From positions 32,001 through 96,000 of IMG/VR virus record IMGVR_UViG_3300025093_000012: a stretch of DNA of 64,000 nt. The stretch is one strand, 5' to 3'. The notes beneath the pieces are model-generated. The model ran no database searches, was not told the DNA's origin, and worked only from the letters and a program-made list of their open reading frames with translations. Position numbers and translations under genes: made by a program. Positions 9,501 through 21,100 of the stretch are shown piece by piece (position 1 is the first letter of the stretch; the number at the start of each line of letters is the position of its first letter). This DNA is from a virus.

Positions 9501-12177
9501 CTTTAACATTACCAGAAAGATCATATCCAGTAATAATTGCACTTATATCATCTTCAGTTAGATCTGCATTTGTTGTATTAGTTCTGTATAGTTCTAATAC
9601 ATAGTTTTGTATCCCTGAATTAATTAAACCTTTTTCTTTGTATGCACCCTCACCTAGAACTTGGTCACTAAGAGTTCTTAGTTTGTTTCTTAAACCTTCT
9701 GTTGTTGCTCCTAAAGGAACACCTTTTGGATTCTGTACATTATCTAGAGATTGATAAGATCTAGCAACACCTTCCATTGCTAAAACTCTATCAATATACT
9801 CCATCTTATTTTGTTGAACGGGGTCATTTATATACTCTATAAAATCCTCCATTTCATCTATAGATCTTTGCAATAGCTCATCATAGATGACATCTGACTT
9901 ACCCTCCATTCTTGCTGTCTGTATATCAGATATTGCTCTGTCAAGAGCATCTATAATTTTTTCTACATTAGTAGTTTGCTTTTGTCTATCTTGAAGTGTT
10001 TCTAAAGCTTGTCTTCTTGTGACAAGTTTTATCTGGTATGACTTGAGTACATCATTTTTAATTTGATATATATCATTCTCTATATACTCACCATCTGGCT
10101 GCTTCTCATCTTCATTCAATCTATTTGGATCAGCCTCTTCTTCAACTTGATCTTTATAAAAAGTATCTTCATTGATAGGCACAACCTGATCAACAAAGTG
10201 AGCCATCATACTTGGATTATGATATGTAGTACCCTCTACTCTAAAGTTTACAACCTTATCATCTGTAAGATCTACCTTGATATGTACAGTCTGTGAATCA
10301 GTACTTACTTCATAACCCATATTACCTAAGATTCTTCTATAGGTATTTACTTGAAGGTTATGTTGTGTTCTAGTTGTAAACCCTTGTTGCATTGATTTAG
10401 GAAGAGCAGGATCATAGAAAATACTTCCTTCATTTACAGGATACTTTCTATTAGAGTATGCATCCTCCTTTATAGAGTTCTTACTAGTCTTTAGATCAAT
10501 TATTGTTAATGATCCATCCGTATGTACAACAAGCAAGTCAATTGTTCCTGAAGTAGATGTAGCAGCATCTGTTATAACAACCTGTGGGATAACAACCGCA
10601 CCCTGATCTCTATACATTGCAAGTATAGTTTGTATTTGATCTACAGCTCTTACAACTTGTTCTTTATTAAGAACATTCATTTTTTCTTTGAGGCCTTCAA
10701 CATCAGGATCTTCTGACATAGGCATAACTGCTAGATACTCCATAATGACATCAAAGTCATCTCCTATATCTCTATTAATTTTATACTTATTCTCAGGATC
10801 ATTTAGATTACCTTTAATTCTACCCGTAACTGAAGCATTTACTTCACCTGTTTCTACATTAATGTATTTATGATCTTCTTTATTTAATATAACTAAAGGT
10901 GTGTCAGTTCCAGTCAGTGTACTACCTACAGTAAAATCATCAAAGCTTTCTTTGTTATCTATATCTAATCCTGTAAGTTGAGCAACTCTTTTAGCTTGTA
11001 CATCTGTTGTAGATTGTGCTACTAGCTCATTTGCTTGTGTCTTTCTTTCAGGAGTCAAAGAAAACTTAACTCTACTGTCTCCTGTAGTATCCTCCCTTTC
11101 AAATCTAAACTCAAGAGCATCATTGTTTAATAGCTTAGCTAGATTAGTTAGTGTGTTATCAGACCTTAGCATATTAGCTCTAACAGGAATTCTTTGACCT
11201 GCAATATATTTACTAAGGTCTTCTATAACATCAAGGATAAATTTGAGAAGCTCAGATATTTTTTGCTTCCAAGTTAGTGTGGGTCTTTCTTCATATTCTT
11301 TATTGAAGTGTCTAGATAATGCTTGAGTAACTAACTCTATATCTCTATCTTGCTGATTAAACCCTCTTCTTGCTGTATATGTACCATCTATTTGCAACTT
11401 GAGTTGAGGAAACATCTGCTTTGCTTCAGCTAACAAAGATCTGTATAATGCTGGCTTTTGGATCATTACAGCATCTACAAATGGGTGAAGTACTTCTTCT
11501 ACTGCTGTATCAGCATTCACTCTCCCTTTTATAATATATGCCACTCCTTTTACATAGTAACTTCTAAGGCTATTAAAGCTAACACCTCTTCTATTTGCTG
11601 GAGCTAATGAGTCATAATATTCTCTAGCCTCTTTTACAGAAGCCACTCTTATATCTAGCTGAGGAAATATTCCCTGCATGTGATCAACAATATCTAAAAT
11701 ATGTGTGTGATCTTTATTAGTACTTTCTTGAATAATATCCTGGGGCCCAAAGACTACTGGATCAATAGATACCTTATATGTTTTATTAGTTCTATCTAAA
11801 TTGATAGATTCTGCAGATATGTTCCAGAAGTCTATAAGCTTTAAAAGTTTCAACCTATTACTTTCTGCAACTGTTCTATCTAAAGCTACAACTTGATCTC
11901 CCTCAGTATTATTTATATAGTAGTCACCATTAAACTTACTGATCAGTCCAGCATTACTTAAATTTGCAAGTATAGCATCTGCATAGTTCTTTTGCTTCAA
12001 TGCAAACTTTACCTTTTCATTTTGCACATACTTCTTTGCTTGGTATACAGTAGGAAAAGCATCTGAGTTTGTACTCTTTTGCCACTTATCTATAATACTA
12101 TTAATAACTATGACATCTCCGTACTCACCCTCAAGTGCTTTATACTCTGGAGTATTTCTATTAAAACATTTTGCCAT
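6526..12177 (-). CDS. large virion cargo protein with PD-(D/E)xK nuclease-like domain and degenerate zincin
   Basis: SGTIDLLVVHTDGSLTIIDLKTS (about 10483-10552) plus downstream QVNTY; EEVLH in place of HExxH (11485-11499); coupled to the RNAP gene by TAATG. Confidence 0.75.
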   Translation of the reverse strand: MAKCFNRNTPEYKALEGEYGDVIVINSIIDKWQKSTNSDAFPTVYQAKKYVQNEKVKFALKQKNYADAILANLSNAGLISKFNGDYYINNTEGDQVVALDRTVAESNRLKLLKLIDFWNISAESINLDRTNKTYKVSIDPVVFGPQDIIQESTNKDHTHILDIVDHMQGIFPQLDIRVASVKEAREYYDSLAPANRRGVSFNSLRSYYVKGVAYIIKGRVNADTAVEEVLHPFVDAVMIQKPALYRSLLAEAKQMFPQLKLQIDGTYTARRGFNQQDRDIELVTQALSRHFNKEYEERPTLTWKQKISELLKFILDVIEDLSKYIAGQRIPVRANMLRSDNTLTNLAKLLNNDALEFRFEREDTTGDSRVKFSLTPERKTQANELVAQSTTDVQAKRVAQLTGLDIDNKESFDDFTVGSTLTGTDTPLVILNKEDHKYINVETGEVNASVTGRIKGNLNDPENKYKINRDIGDDFDVIMEYLAVMPMSEDPDVEGLKEKMNVLNKEQVVRAVDQIQTILAMYRDQGAVVIPQVVITDAATSTSGTIDLLVVHTDGSLTIIDLKTSKNSIKEDAYSNRKYPVNEGSIFYDPALPKSMQQGFTTRTQHNLQVNTYRRILGNMGYEVSTDSQTVHIKVDLTDDKVVNFRVEGTTYHNPSMMAHFVDQVVPINEDTFYKDQVEEEADPNRLNEDEKQPDGEYIENDIYQIKNDVLKSYQIKLVTRRQALETLQDRQKQTTNVEKIIDALDRAISDIQTARMEGKSDVIYDELLQRSIDEMEDFIEYINDPVQQNKMEYIDRVLAMEGVARSYQSLDNVQNPKGVPLGATTEGLRNKLRTLSDQVLGEGAYKEKGLINSGIQNYVLELYRTNTTNADLTEDDISAIITGYDLSGNVKAMSDISTLRMGVSDLATSPDPLSQLLDKLYKRQVQKTLDLAEERADEIRNRAGKLAKLSPGGKVDYSFMLNFDEDGNFLGTYVKKIGPQYNAQWTSLRYDEQGESIFRQQYIYKDNLEDYTDEELAFNRKLYEKRKAYSDFMRGERVIDGQPEDGDFHRYTKEYKDAREKLMYFSLFANKESGRWKFKRSASARQKREFLDKYHRVEPSNYIAKNADGSPTGVVKRMDSGYDGGGIGFVKSEFVEVRDIARNGTVMVSDKYQQLMNPNANDSLALAQKEFYLMYIRLFEDDLLKKLPSSVQSKMLGNSLIIRENFVDEIRREGGLIGKLTAKANRGFKNLISTTTRVEKVITDEQGNFIEDTLPIFYVGNTRDEKRLEFINDKINALKQDFENKKIKVGQYKEELNLLESERNSIQAAPSKNELSLDMGKNLLLFNGMAQNYETMGEIKNTVTAIIKTMEKRKYTPSGFASVVDATKTAIGKGQITEIGADYESNIVKRAKKWVNMVYFDNNKKTRGFMEKVARGLVSYTSLTYVGLNWFGNINNYAMGRLNNMVEVAGGRYFDPKAYGRAVIEYNKSIPLMMRKLGDESTWSPIIGGDGYKLYKPASKYEAVADYMRMMDAKADIREQSSEGQKGLREKAFSAAYMFQDSAEYNVQTKVGVAIMMSTTVRNPETGEEMSYYDALQYNSQTGKVTLKEGFTELIRFNERRTDSDGNLITQSLLDENTRYDVRNQIREVNKQIHGNYAYADRMVIQDHTLGMLVAQFHKWVVPGLDARFRKEYYNENLGWVEGRYKSFVNVMAYIIKAKGQIGKAYRELEFQEGKEKTDNKIKNFYRSLADFGIAMSSFAMAMILANLFEDDDDDDTQSRTRLENALVYQFNRQAREFMFFFPVAGASEQYMMAKSPIPIMRSLGELAGAIQATGKFGLANMGYYGLFEEDYDITKDTRVYYQRTGRKGQPKILKEWGDVLPLIYMYNRWQAYDTVNDFFVK

Positions 12178-15100
12178 TACTTACAATTTTTTAATGTCTC
12201 CATCCAATCTTCTTGAGATATAGGAAACAGTGAATTACTAGCTTTGTATGCAGCTATTGCTTCTTCAACACTAGATATTTTTCTATTTTCTGAAATCTCT
12301 CTTTTTGCATCAGGAGTTATGTTATCCCATTCAGTTTCTATAGTAGTGTAATCTGCATTAGGATCTTCTTTAGCTTTTATTTTTACACTACGCCCTTCTG
12401 TGTCTATACTTGGACCTTCTTCTACATTCTGCTCACTCATTCTTTGTATTTGTTCCAACTGAGAAGGAGTAGGATCTGTAACTTCAACTGTTACTTTTAC
12501 ATTACCTGTTTGGCCTGCTACATTTTCTACAGTATAGTTTTTATCTGTAGCATTGACTCTTACTCCTGGTTTACCCATTCCTGTTGGATCTTGTGAAGCA
12601 GCTGCTGCCCATTTTTCCATACTACTTTCACTAGTATTTGTAGCTGAATCTCTTTGATCTTTTTTCTCTTGAAGATATTTATAATCTGATCTATCACCAT
12701 GTACAAACCCTGCATCATATTGTTGCATAGATCCTTTAGCTTCTACTTCTTCATACTTTGCACGTAATCCATAAGCTATATTTTCATTAGTGAAATCAAT
12801 CATATCTTGATAATTACCAGCTTGCTTAGGCGTATACAAATATACAAGTTTAAATTCTCTTACATCTGCTTTTTTTCTTTGACCTGGCTTTGCAGGAGGT
12901 GCTACATCCATTTTTATAATCATAGGAAATCCTATCAAGTCAATAGTTTGTGTACCACCACCTTTCTTTGGTACATCTTGTTTTGCAGTTGCAAATCTAC
13001 CAGCTCTTACAATTGCTTTTGTATTCCTTTCTCTATTCATAGAAAGTTCAAAGTCTTGGTATCTACCTTTCTTACGTGTTTCCTTTTTAGTTTTCTTTGT
13101 CTTAGAGAAGTTAGCGTTAATATCTATAGTATACTGGCCTTCTTCATTTTCTTCTACTAGAATAGCCTTCTGTCTAGTTTTAACTTTTGACTTTTGTTTT
13201 ATTACTTGAACTGGCCCTCTTTGTCTTCTTTTAATTTCACTCAAGAAATATATATTACCTCTTGACTGTGAGTAGCCTTCAACCCATTCTTTAAGAAGCT
13301 CTGTTTGTGTATCACCAAACATTGAAACAAACTGACCATCTGATACTCTATCATTATCAAATAGATTTGTAACTCTACCAGATACATTTAATATATCATC
13401 AAGCAATGGAACAGGAATAATATCTAAGAATGTATCCCTAGCATATTGTAATCCATCTTTTAATATTAAATAGTGGATTATATGTCTCACATCTTCTCTT
13501 AGCTCAGGCATTGCATATAAGTCACGTAAACCATTTTGAAGTTGTGTCACTTGACTAGCATTAAGATTGGTCCAAGTTTTTCCAACAAGCATGTTAATCA
13601 TAGCTTTATTTGCTGGATTGTTTGTATCCTTTTTAGCAACAAAATCCATGAATGCATTAGACTGACCTTTTGATTTAAGTACAGTTCTAATATTATTTAC
13701 TACACTATTGATAGTAATAGGTCCTGCCATTTCATCATAGATAAATCCATTATCAAGAGAAACATTTAATTTAGCATTACCATTATCAGATAAAGCTTTC
13801 ATATATGCTTTAACTATAAAATAGCTTAATAAGTCTTTAGCAACTTTAGGCTCTTGAGCAAAAGGTATATTTTGCATTGCTGCATTCTTAAATCTTAAGA
13901 AAGTAGGAGACATAGTTACAAAGACAGATGGCATTGTCTGAGTTAGATTATCTAAGATAGCTGCATATCTTCCTTGGAATGTTTTATTTTTATCAAATAA
14001 AGATCTGGCATCTACAGGAATGCTAGATTCAGCCCATTCTTTTTCACTCATAAATAGACCTACAGATTCCATTTTTTGATATGCTCTATTAATATCATCT
14101 ATTGAAGTAAAATCAAATGAAGTATTTGTAGATAACACTTGCAAATCACCTAATGTAGAAGATAAAACAGTTGCATTTCTAAACAACAATAATGTAGCTA
14201 GTTTTTCTGTTGAATCTATTTCACCTGGATTTCTTATCTCATTGATAAGCATGTCCGTAGTTACCTTTGTTTTTTTAGCATTTGTTATAGCATCATCATT
14301 TTGAGCAGCTAGTTCATCTATAGCTTCATTTAGTAGAGCAGTCATAGATGCTTCACCAGCTTCAGCTCTTGCATATATTTCTCTAACAGTTGGTTGATTA
14401 ATTAACATTATTGCTGTTTTAAGATCAACTCCTAAACTAACTAATCCAACTGTTGTAGCTAATGCATTTTTATTTAATCCTAGTTTTCCAAGAAGTCTTT
14501 CTTTAGCATTATCTGTAGCTGCAGTAACCAATGCAGAAATAACAAATTGCTTTCTATCACCGCTAGTTAGAGGTTTACCAGTAGCTGGATCTATAAAATA
14601 GTCACCTTTAAATGATGTATAATTATAATCATTGATGCTTATATTACCACCTGCAATAGGACCTAATCTATTTGTAGATCTTAAGGATATATTATACTCC
14701 TTAAGCATGTTAACTATAATGTTTGGTAGTACCGCTGCACCAATTGCTCCAGCTCCTGCTTTATTATTTACCCAAGATCTATACATACCTACAGGGCTTT
14801 CAATAATAACACCTTCTTCTCTTACTAAATCTGCAAGTTCTGGAAGTGATTCTTCTATTTCATTCCATACCTCTTCTACAGGATCTAATACTGCAGGTTC
14901 ATAAGCTGCACCAACAGGTCTATCAAATCTACCTTCAGTCATTCCCTTATTACCAAGCATAGCATACTTAAGATTAATTGCCTCATTGCTTTGTGCTGCT
15001 GTATATGGTAATCTGTCAAACTTTTCTTTATATTGAATGAACTCATCTTTAGTTACAGGCAGGCTTAATATCTTCAGTGCACCTATAATACTATCAGAAG

Positions 15101-18100
15101 GAAGAGATAAATCATTAACTTTTGCAGGATCAGTGATTCTTCCACGTGACTTCCATAAATCAACTGCATAGCTCATAGAAGTTCCCTTCTTCTTAGCATC
15201 TGCAATCATGTAGTCTATGTATTCTTGATACTGCTGATCTACATTTTCTGTTGCACCATACTCAATAAACTCTCCATCCTTTACATAGAACTCTTTAAAG
15301 TGAGTATACAATTTATCAATATCAAAGTCAGCCCCAGATATTTCAACTAGTTCAGTAGGGAACATTGCTGATGAACCATACTCTACAGGCAAGAAGTCAA
15401 CTACTTTTAAGTTAATAGCTGAGTGCTTATCCTGTGAAGGAATACGTACACCAAACATTTTTGCAACTACATCTGGAATAGGTTGGTCAGCTTTAATTTT
15501 ATTTAATCTAACATCCCAAGCAGGCATTGCTGTCTCAGAGTAAGTAAGACCAGTTTCATTACCATTCTTGTCATACTCTTTTACATTCATTCTTAACTCA
15601 TCTAAGTATATATCACCAACCTGTAGACCAACAAAGGTTCTATTGTCTTGGTTATCATACTCTGTTTTAGCTAGCTCTTGTCTATTCTTTAGATAGTCTT
15701 CTCTTCTTATTACCTCCCATCTTGTTGGATTACCAACCTCATCAACAGCTAGAGCTCTCTTATAAAACTTCTTACCAAAGTTTGATACAAGAGCAAAGCT
15801 ATCTCCTGCAACTTTTTCTGATACTTCTCCTTTTGAGAAAAATGCTAAGAATAACTGTTGGAATTTATTCTGAGTAATTGGATTGTTAAGATCATACTTT
15901 TGTGATCCTGTTTCATCCATCTCAAATATCTCCATAAACTGTGGTCCAGCTCCAGAGGCAGCTAATGCTTGTTGTGCATACTTTAAGAATGCATGTAGAT
16001 CAACTGTAACCGTACCAAGTTCAATACTATCCTGTAATTCATCTTGAGCTCTTTGGAAGTCAAAGATTAAGTTTCTTCTTTGTAAGTATTTAATCTCTAC
16101 CCTATCACCCAATGTTTTGTTGTATAAAGCCCTTACTTCACCCAAAGACATTTCTTTATCACCAACAGTAACTCTAACAGAATTATCTTGCTCACTAGTT
16201 ATTAGTTGTTTTATCTGAGTAGGATCAGTGATAGTCCCTTTATTAGAAGGTGTGATCTGCTGTAATCTCATGTACTTAGCAGATAGGTCAGTTACATATC
16301 CACTATTCACAAAGTCATCATATTGTGCTTGATCACTTAGATTAAAGTTAGGATTTAAGATTACCTCTTTAGGAATTATATTTTTCTTTGCCGTTTTAGA
16401 AGCAGAAGCAGGTACTGCTATTGCAATAGTATCTACACCATTTGCTTCTACAGATTCCATTGCAACTCTAAGGTTATGCAAATGAACTGTATCTGGTAAA
16501 GCTTTTTCAAAGTTAGTCTCTGGATCAGAAGTTAAATTCTTTGATAGTACAAAAGCAGACATCTTCAAGAATACCTCACCATCAAAGTATACAAATTTCT
16601 TAGAGTTCATTATACCACCAAGAGCTTTGTATCCTTGTTGTGTAATACCTGCACCATAGAATTCATCCAAAGAAATATTTTCTCCAGCATCAACTCTATC
16701 CATAATTCTTGCTTGTGCTGTATTAAGACTTCCTATACCAAACATTAAATATCTAAATGCTTTTGATGTATAGTAAAGTTGTGCATCAGTAGATGTAACT
16801 GGTTTATCCTCTGTACCTTTTCTACCAAAACGTGCTGGTGTTTCTATGTCTTCAAAAGTCATAAGACTAATGTGGTTCACCTTATGGTTTACACCAAGAC
16901 CTGATTTTATGTTACCTGCTGAATCATATACATATGGAGCAGCAATAAGACTTTGTGCACTTGGTCCTGCAGCATTTAATGCCTTTGCTCTTTTAATTTC
17001 ATCTACAGAATTCTTAAAAAGCATAGATGGATCTTGCAATAGTATTTGCTTAAATAAAGTTCTATTCAACCACTCATTGTAGAAGATCTGTTTTAAATTA
17101 TGATTATCAGGATTATTAGCAATAAGGTTAAGTCTCTCTGCAGACTTCTTAGTTATCTTATTGTTTGTTCCAGTGCTAGTTGCTAATGTTCCTGTAATTC
17201 TTTTATCAACGGAGTCTAAGGTTTTGTTATTCTGCAGTATTGTTAAATGCTCATTAAACTCTTGTTCTAGTCTTTCTTTAATTAGATCTCTAACTGAGAT
17301 TCCTAATTCAGCCTCTATCTCAGCTTTTGTTTTATCATAATCAAAGTTAGGATCTTCATTTGCTGCTTTCTCAAACATCTCAATGACTTGATCATTAACA
17401 TCTTTTTGTTCAAAATCTACTTCTTCTGTCACCTCAGTAACACCAAGAGCATCAAACATTTGCTGCTCTACAGAATTCATTTTTCTTAATGTAGCAATGT
17501 CAAATGTTTGCTTTCCTTGCAACCATTGTTTTATTGCTCCAGTTCTTACAAAATATTGCGTATCTCCAAGATACAGCATATTGTTATTCTGTTTTGTCTT
17601 TGTCTGGCTTATGTCACCACCTAATAAAGCAAGGAGCTCTTCAATAGAATAATTCTCTGAACTTTGAACACCTTGATATTCAATCATATATTTTTCAGAA
17701 CTTAATTCATTAGACTTTCCTGTTGTATAGATAGATCCTACTACTTGTCTACTTCTATTTAAATCTAATCTTTGTACCTGATCATTACTAAGAATAAAAA
17801 GTTGACTCTCATCTTCCTTTCTATTTTCTAAAGTTTTTCTTGCTTCTGCATTAAGAGCTAAGCCTTGATTTTCTCCTAATGAATTTAATTTAGTAACTCT
17901 AGTTTTACTTTTACTAAGTAAGTTTCTACCGTTATAAAATTTAAATGCTCTACCAGAAGCACTATCATTATACCCAAAAACTTCATCCTCTGTAAACCCT
18001 TCTTTCTCAAACTTCTCACGGTTTATTCTTTCTGTTTCAGTTCTAATTACAGCATCTTCAAAACGTTCAACTGTTTCATCTGTAAGTTCTGACTTACCAT

Positions 18101-21100
18101 TTTTAAGTGCTACTGTCATAAGTACAGGAAGAGGAACAAAGTCTGCTGTATTAGATTCTGATATTACAGTTATGTTCTGCAATGATGTTGCATACGGAAC
18201 TCTTTTACCATTTTCATCTAAATGGTATCTTTCTTTTAATTCACCAGTGGAATTATTATAGTCAGATAAGTATAAGTTAATTGCCAATGCTTGGAACTCA
18301 GCTCCTGAAACATCCCCAAAGGTTTTATTATTTTTATTATCCTTTAGTTTATTGTTAGCTTTAAAATTACCATTCTCATCTGCTTCTAGATTAGTATACT
18401 TAACACCACCCATTCTAGATATTCTAAGCTTACCACTAACCACCAAGTCTCTAAATCTAGGATCAGTCAACATAAACTGTTTAGTTAAGAATGGATTATC
18501 TAACAATTCATCCATTGCATCTTCTGAGTTCAGTTCTGCTACTTTCTCTAAATTGTATGTAGGCATCTGATGTGCATAGATCAACTTACCTTCAGCATTT
18601 CTAAATACTGTAGCACCAACAGTGCTATCAAAAACAGCATTTAGTTGTGCAAGCTTCTTAATTCTAAACTTAACATCAGTACCAGTCTCTTGACCTGTTG
18701 AAGTATCTTCAGTTACATCTTCTTCTATTTGATCATAGTAAAGATTTGCTTTTACTCTACCATCTTCAGTTCTACCATGTAAGCTTATTGCAACTCCTAT
18801 CTCTTGAACATCTTCTAAATTAAATGTAGGTGTAGGTACTGATGAAGCATACAATTTCATAAATGTATTCTGATCATCATTCTTATTTGTTACACCATTA
18901 TTTAGAATTATAAACTTAACTGTTAAAGCAGTAACATCTATACCAACTTTGTTAAACAGATCAGAAGATATTTCTCTTGCTGCTTTGTCTAATACTGCTG
19001 AGTCAATCTGATCTTTACCAGCTAAAAACTCTATTCTTTCAAATACAGCCTGTGCACTATTTCTTAATCCTTCTTTATCAGTTAGACCGTCTACTAATGT
19101 AGCATAGTGGTCTTGCCAATTATCAATCTGTGTAGAAGCATCATCTCTACTAGTTGCTTTAAATATATTTACAAGCTTTGCATTCTGATCTACCTCTAAT
19201 TGATAGTAATCAGATCTTAACTGTGTAAATCCTTTTAATACAGCCTGGAAGAATCCTTGACTTCTAACCTGGTCAACATTGTAGTTACCATTTAATAGCT
19301 GCTCTAATGTATACTCTGATAAATTAAACTTTGCAAATAGATCACCTATAACTGCTCTAGTATCATCATTTTGATTTTCAAAATACTTTAATCTTGCAAG
19401 CATTTGATTAGGATCTGTAATCCCAGCCAAAGCTTTCATAAATGTATTATAAGTATTTACATAGTTTACTGGTGCTAATGTTTGTTTACCAGTCAATGGA
19501 TCTATAACACTTTTTAATCTAGTAGCAAAGAATACACGGATACCCTTACTTACAGATTTAAACCCACCTATCTCATTTGCAGAAGCTTCAAAGTCCTCAT
19601 CATTCTTAAGTGATGCATCAAGAGCTAGTGCGTTTCTATCTAATACAACTTGTTGATCTTCAATTTGTGTATCAAATAAATTCAATAAATCAGATACAGA
19701 TTTTCTTACATCATCTTTATATGTACGTAAACCTTCATATCTTTCTTCCAACTGATCTGAGTAGTCAAAGAAGTTTTCATCTTCTGCATAATATAAATTA
19801 CCCTCTTCATCAGTTCGTGCAGGATCTTGTTCTTCTATGTACTCATCAATAACTCTATCTAAAAGTTCTTTTGGATTATACTTACCATTAAAATCATTTG
19901 CTTTTGTAAGCTTTTCCTGAGCTCTAAAGAAGTTTGCAGTAATAGAACCAACTATTGTTTCTGTTTCTTGCTGAGTAAAGTAGTTATTGATATAATATAT
20001 CTCAGTGTCATCTGTTCTACCAATTAATCTAGAAGATGGAATAGGATCTCCTTTACGTATAGCAAAAGCAATATTACTTGGTGCACCTGTTTGTTCAAGA
20101 ATAGTTGAATCAGTTATAGCTGATTCTGTAAATCTATTTTTCTGTATAGGTGCTGCCTTATACTTACCTGTGTTAATGTCATTAAATAATCCTTGTAAGT
20201 CACCTTTGCTATATGATAAGAAGATGCTCTTAATAAAGTCAATAAGTCTTTGGAAAAAACTCTTAACCTCTGTATCAACTTTACTACTTCTTGGATTTAT
20301 TTTAAATAGTTCAAACTGATCTGCCAAGTACTCTTCAAAAATTGTACTATCAAGAGTCTTATTATCCATATCAGCATATGTCTGAGACAAAGTTTTCATA
20401 TAAGCTCTTGCCTCTGCCATGGTTTTCACAAAGACACCAGACTCAATCTCATATCCTTTTGAAGTCTTCATTAGAGATCTTACATTATCTCTAGCTATAC
20501 CTAAGAATTTAGTAATCTCTGCTTCACTAAGCATCATTCTAAATACAGCGTGAAATGCTTCATGGTATCTAAAACCTGTTTCTTTACCAACATATAGACT
20601 ACCTGATAATGCCTCTATACCTTTAGATACTTTACCTAGTTCTATAACAAAGGCTCCTAATGTAATCCCATTACTAATAAGCCTTCTACCTAAGTCTTCT
20701 ATATCCTTTATTTGAATGTATTCAGGAAGGTTGTCATTAGCCCACTTGATAAACTCATTAATTTCTTCAACATTTCTACCATCAAACTTGTCACTTACTA
20801 TTTTACCAATAAGTTTTTCTTTTAAAGACTTAATCTCTTTCTCAAGCTTCTGCACCTCTTCAGAGTTTTTAACTGCATTAAGTGCTTGTAGATTATACTG
20901 TCCTTTTGTTTGTCCAGGGTTAGCTTCTTTAAACTCTTTTATAAATTGATTACGTAAGGATACTCTTAAAGCTTTTAACTCTATTTCTTTTTCTGCAATA
21001 AGTGAGGCTAAGTCTTGATTATTATATTCAGCTTGTAACCCGTCCTCATCTTTTTGTGTTGCAGCTTCTATTGTGGAATTATCCGTAGCTAGTGCTAGAT

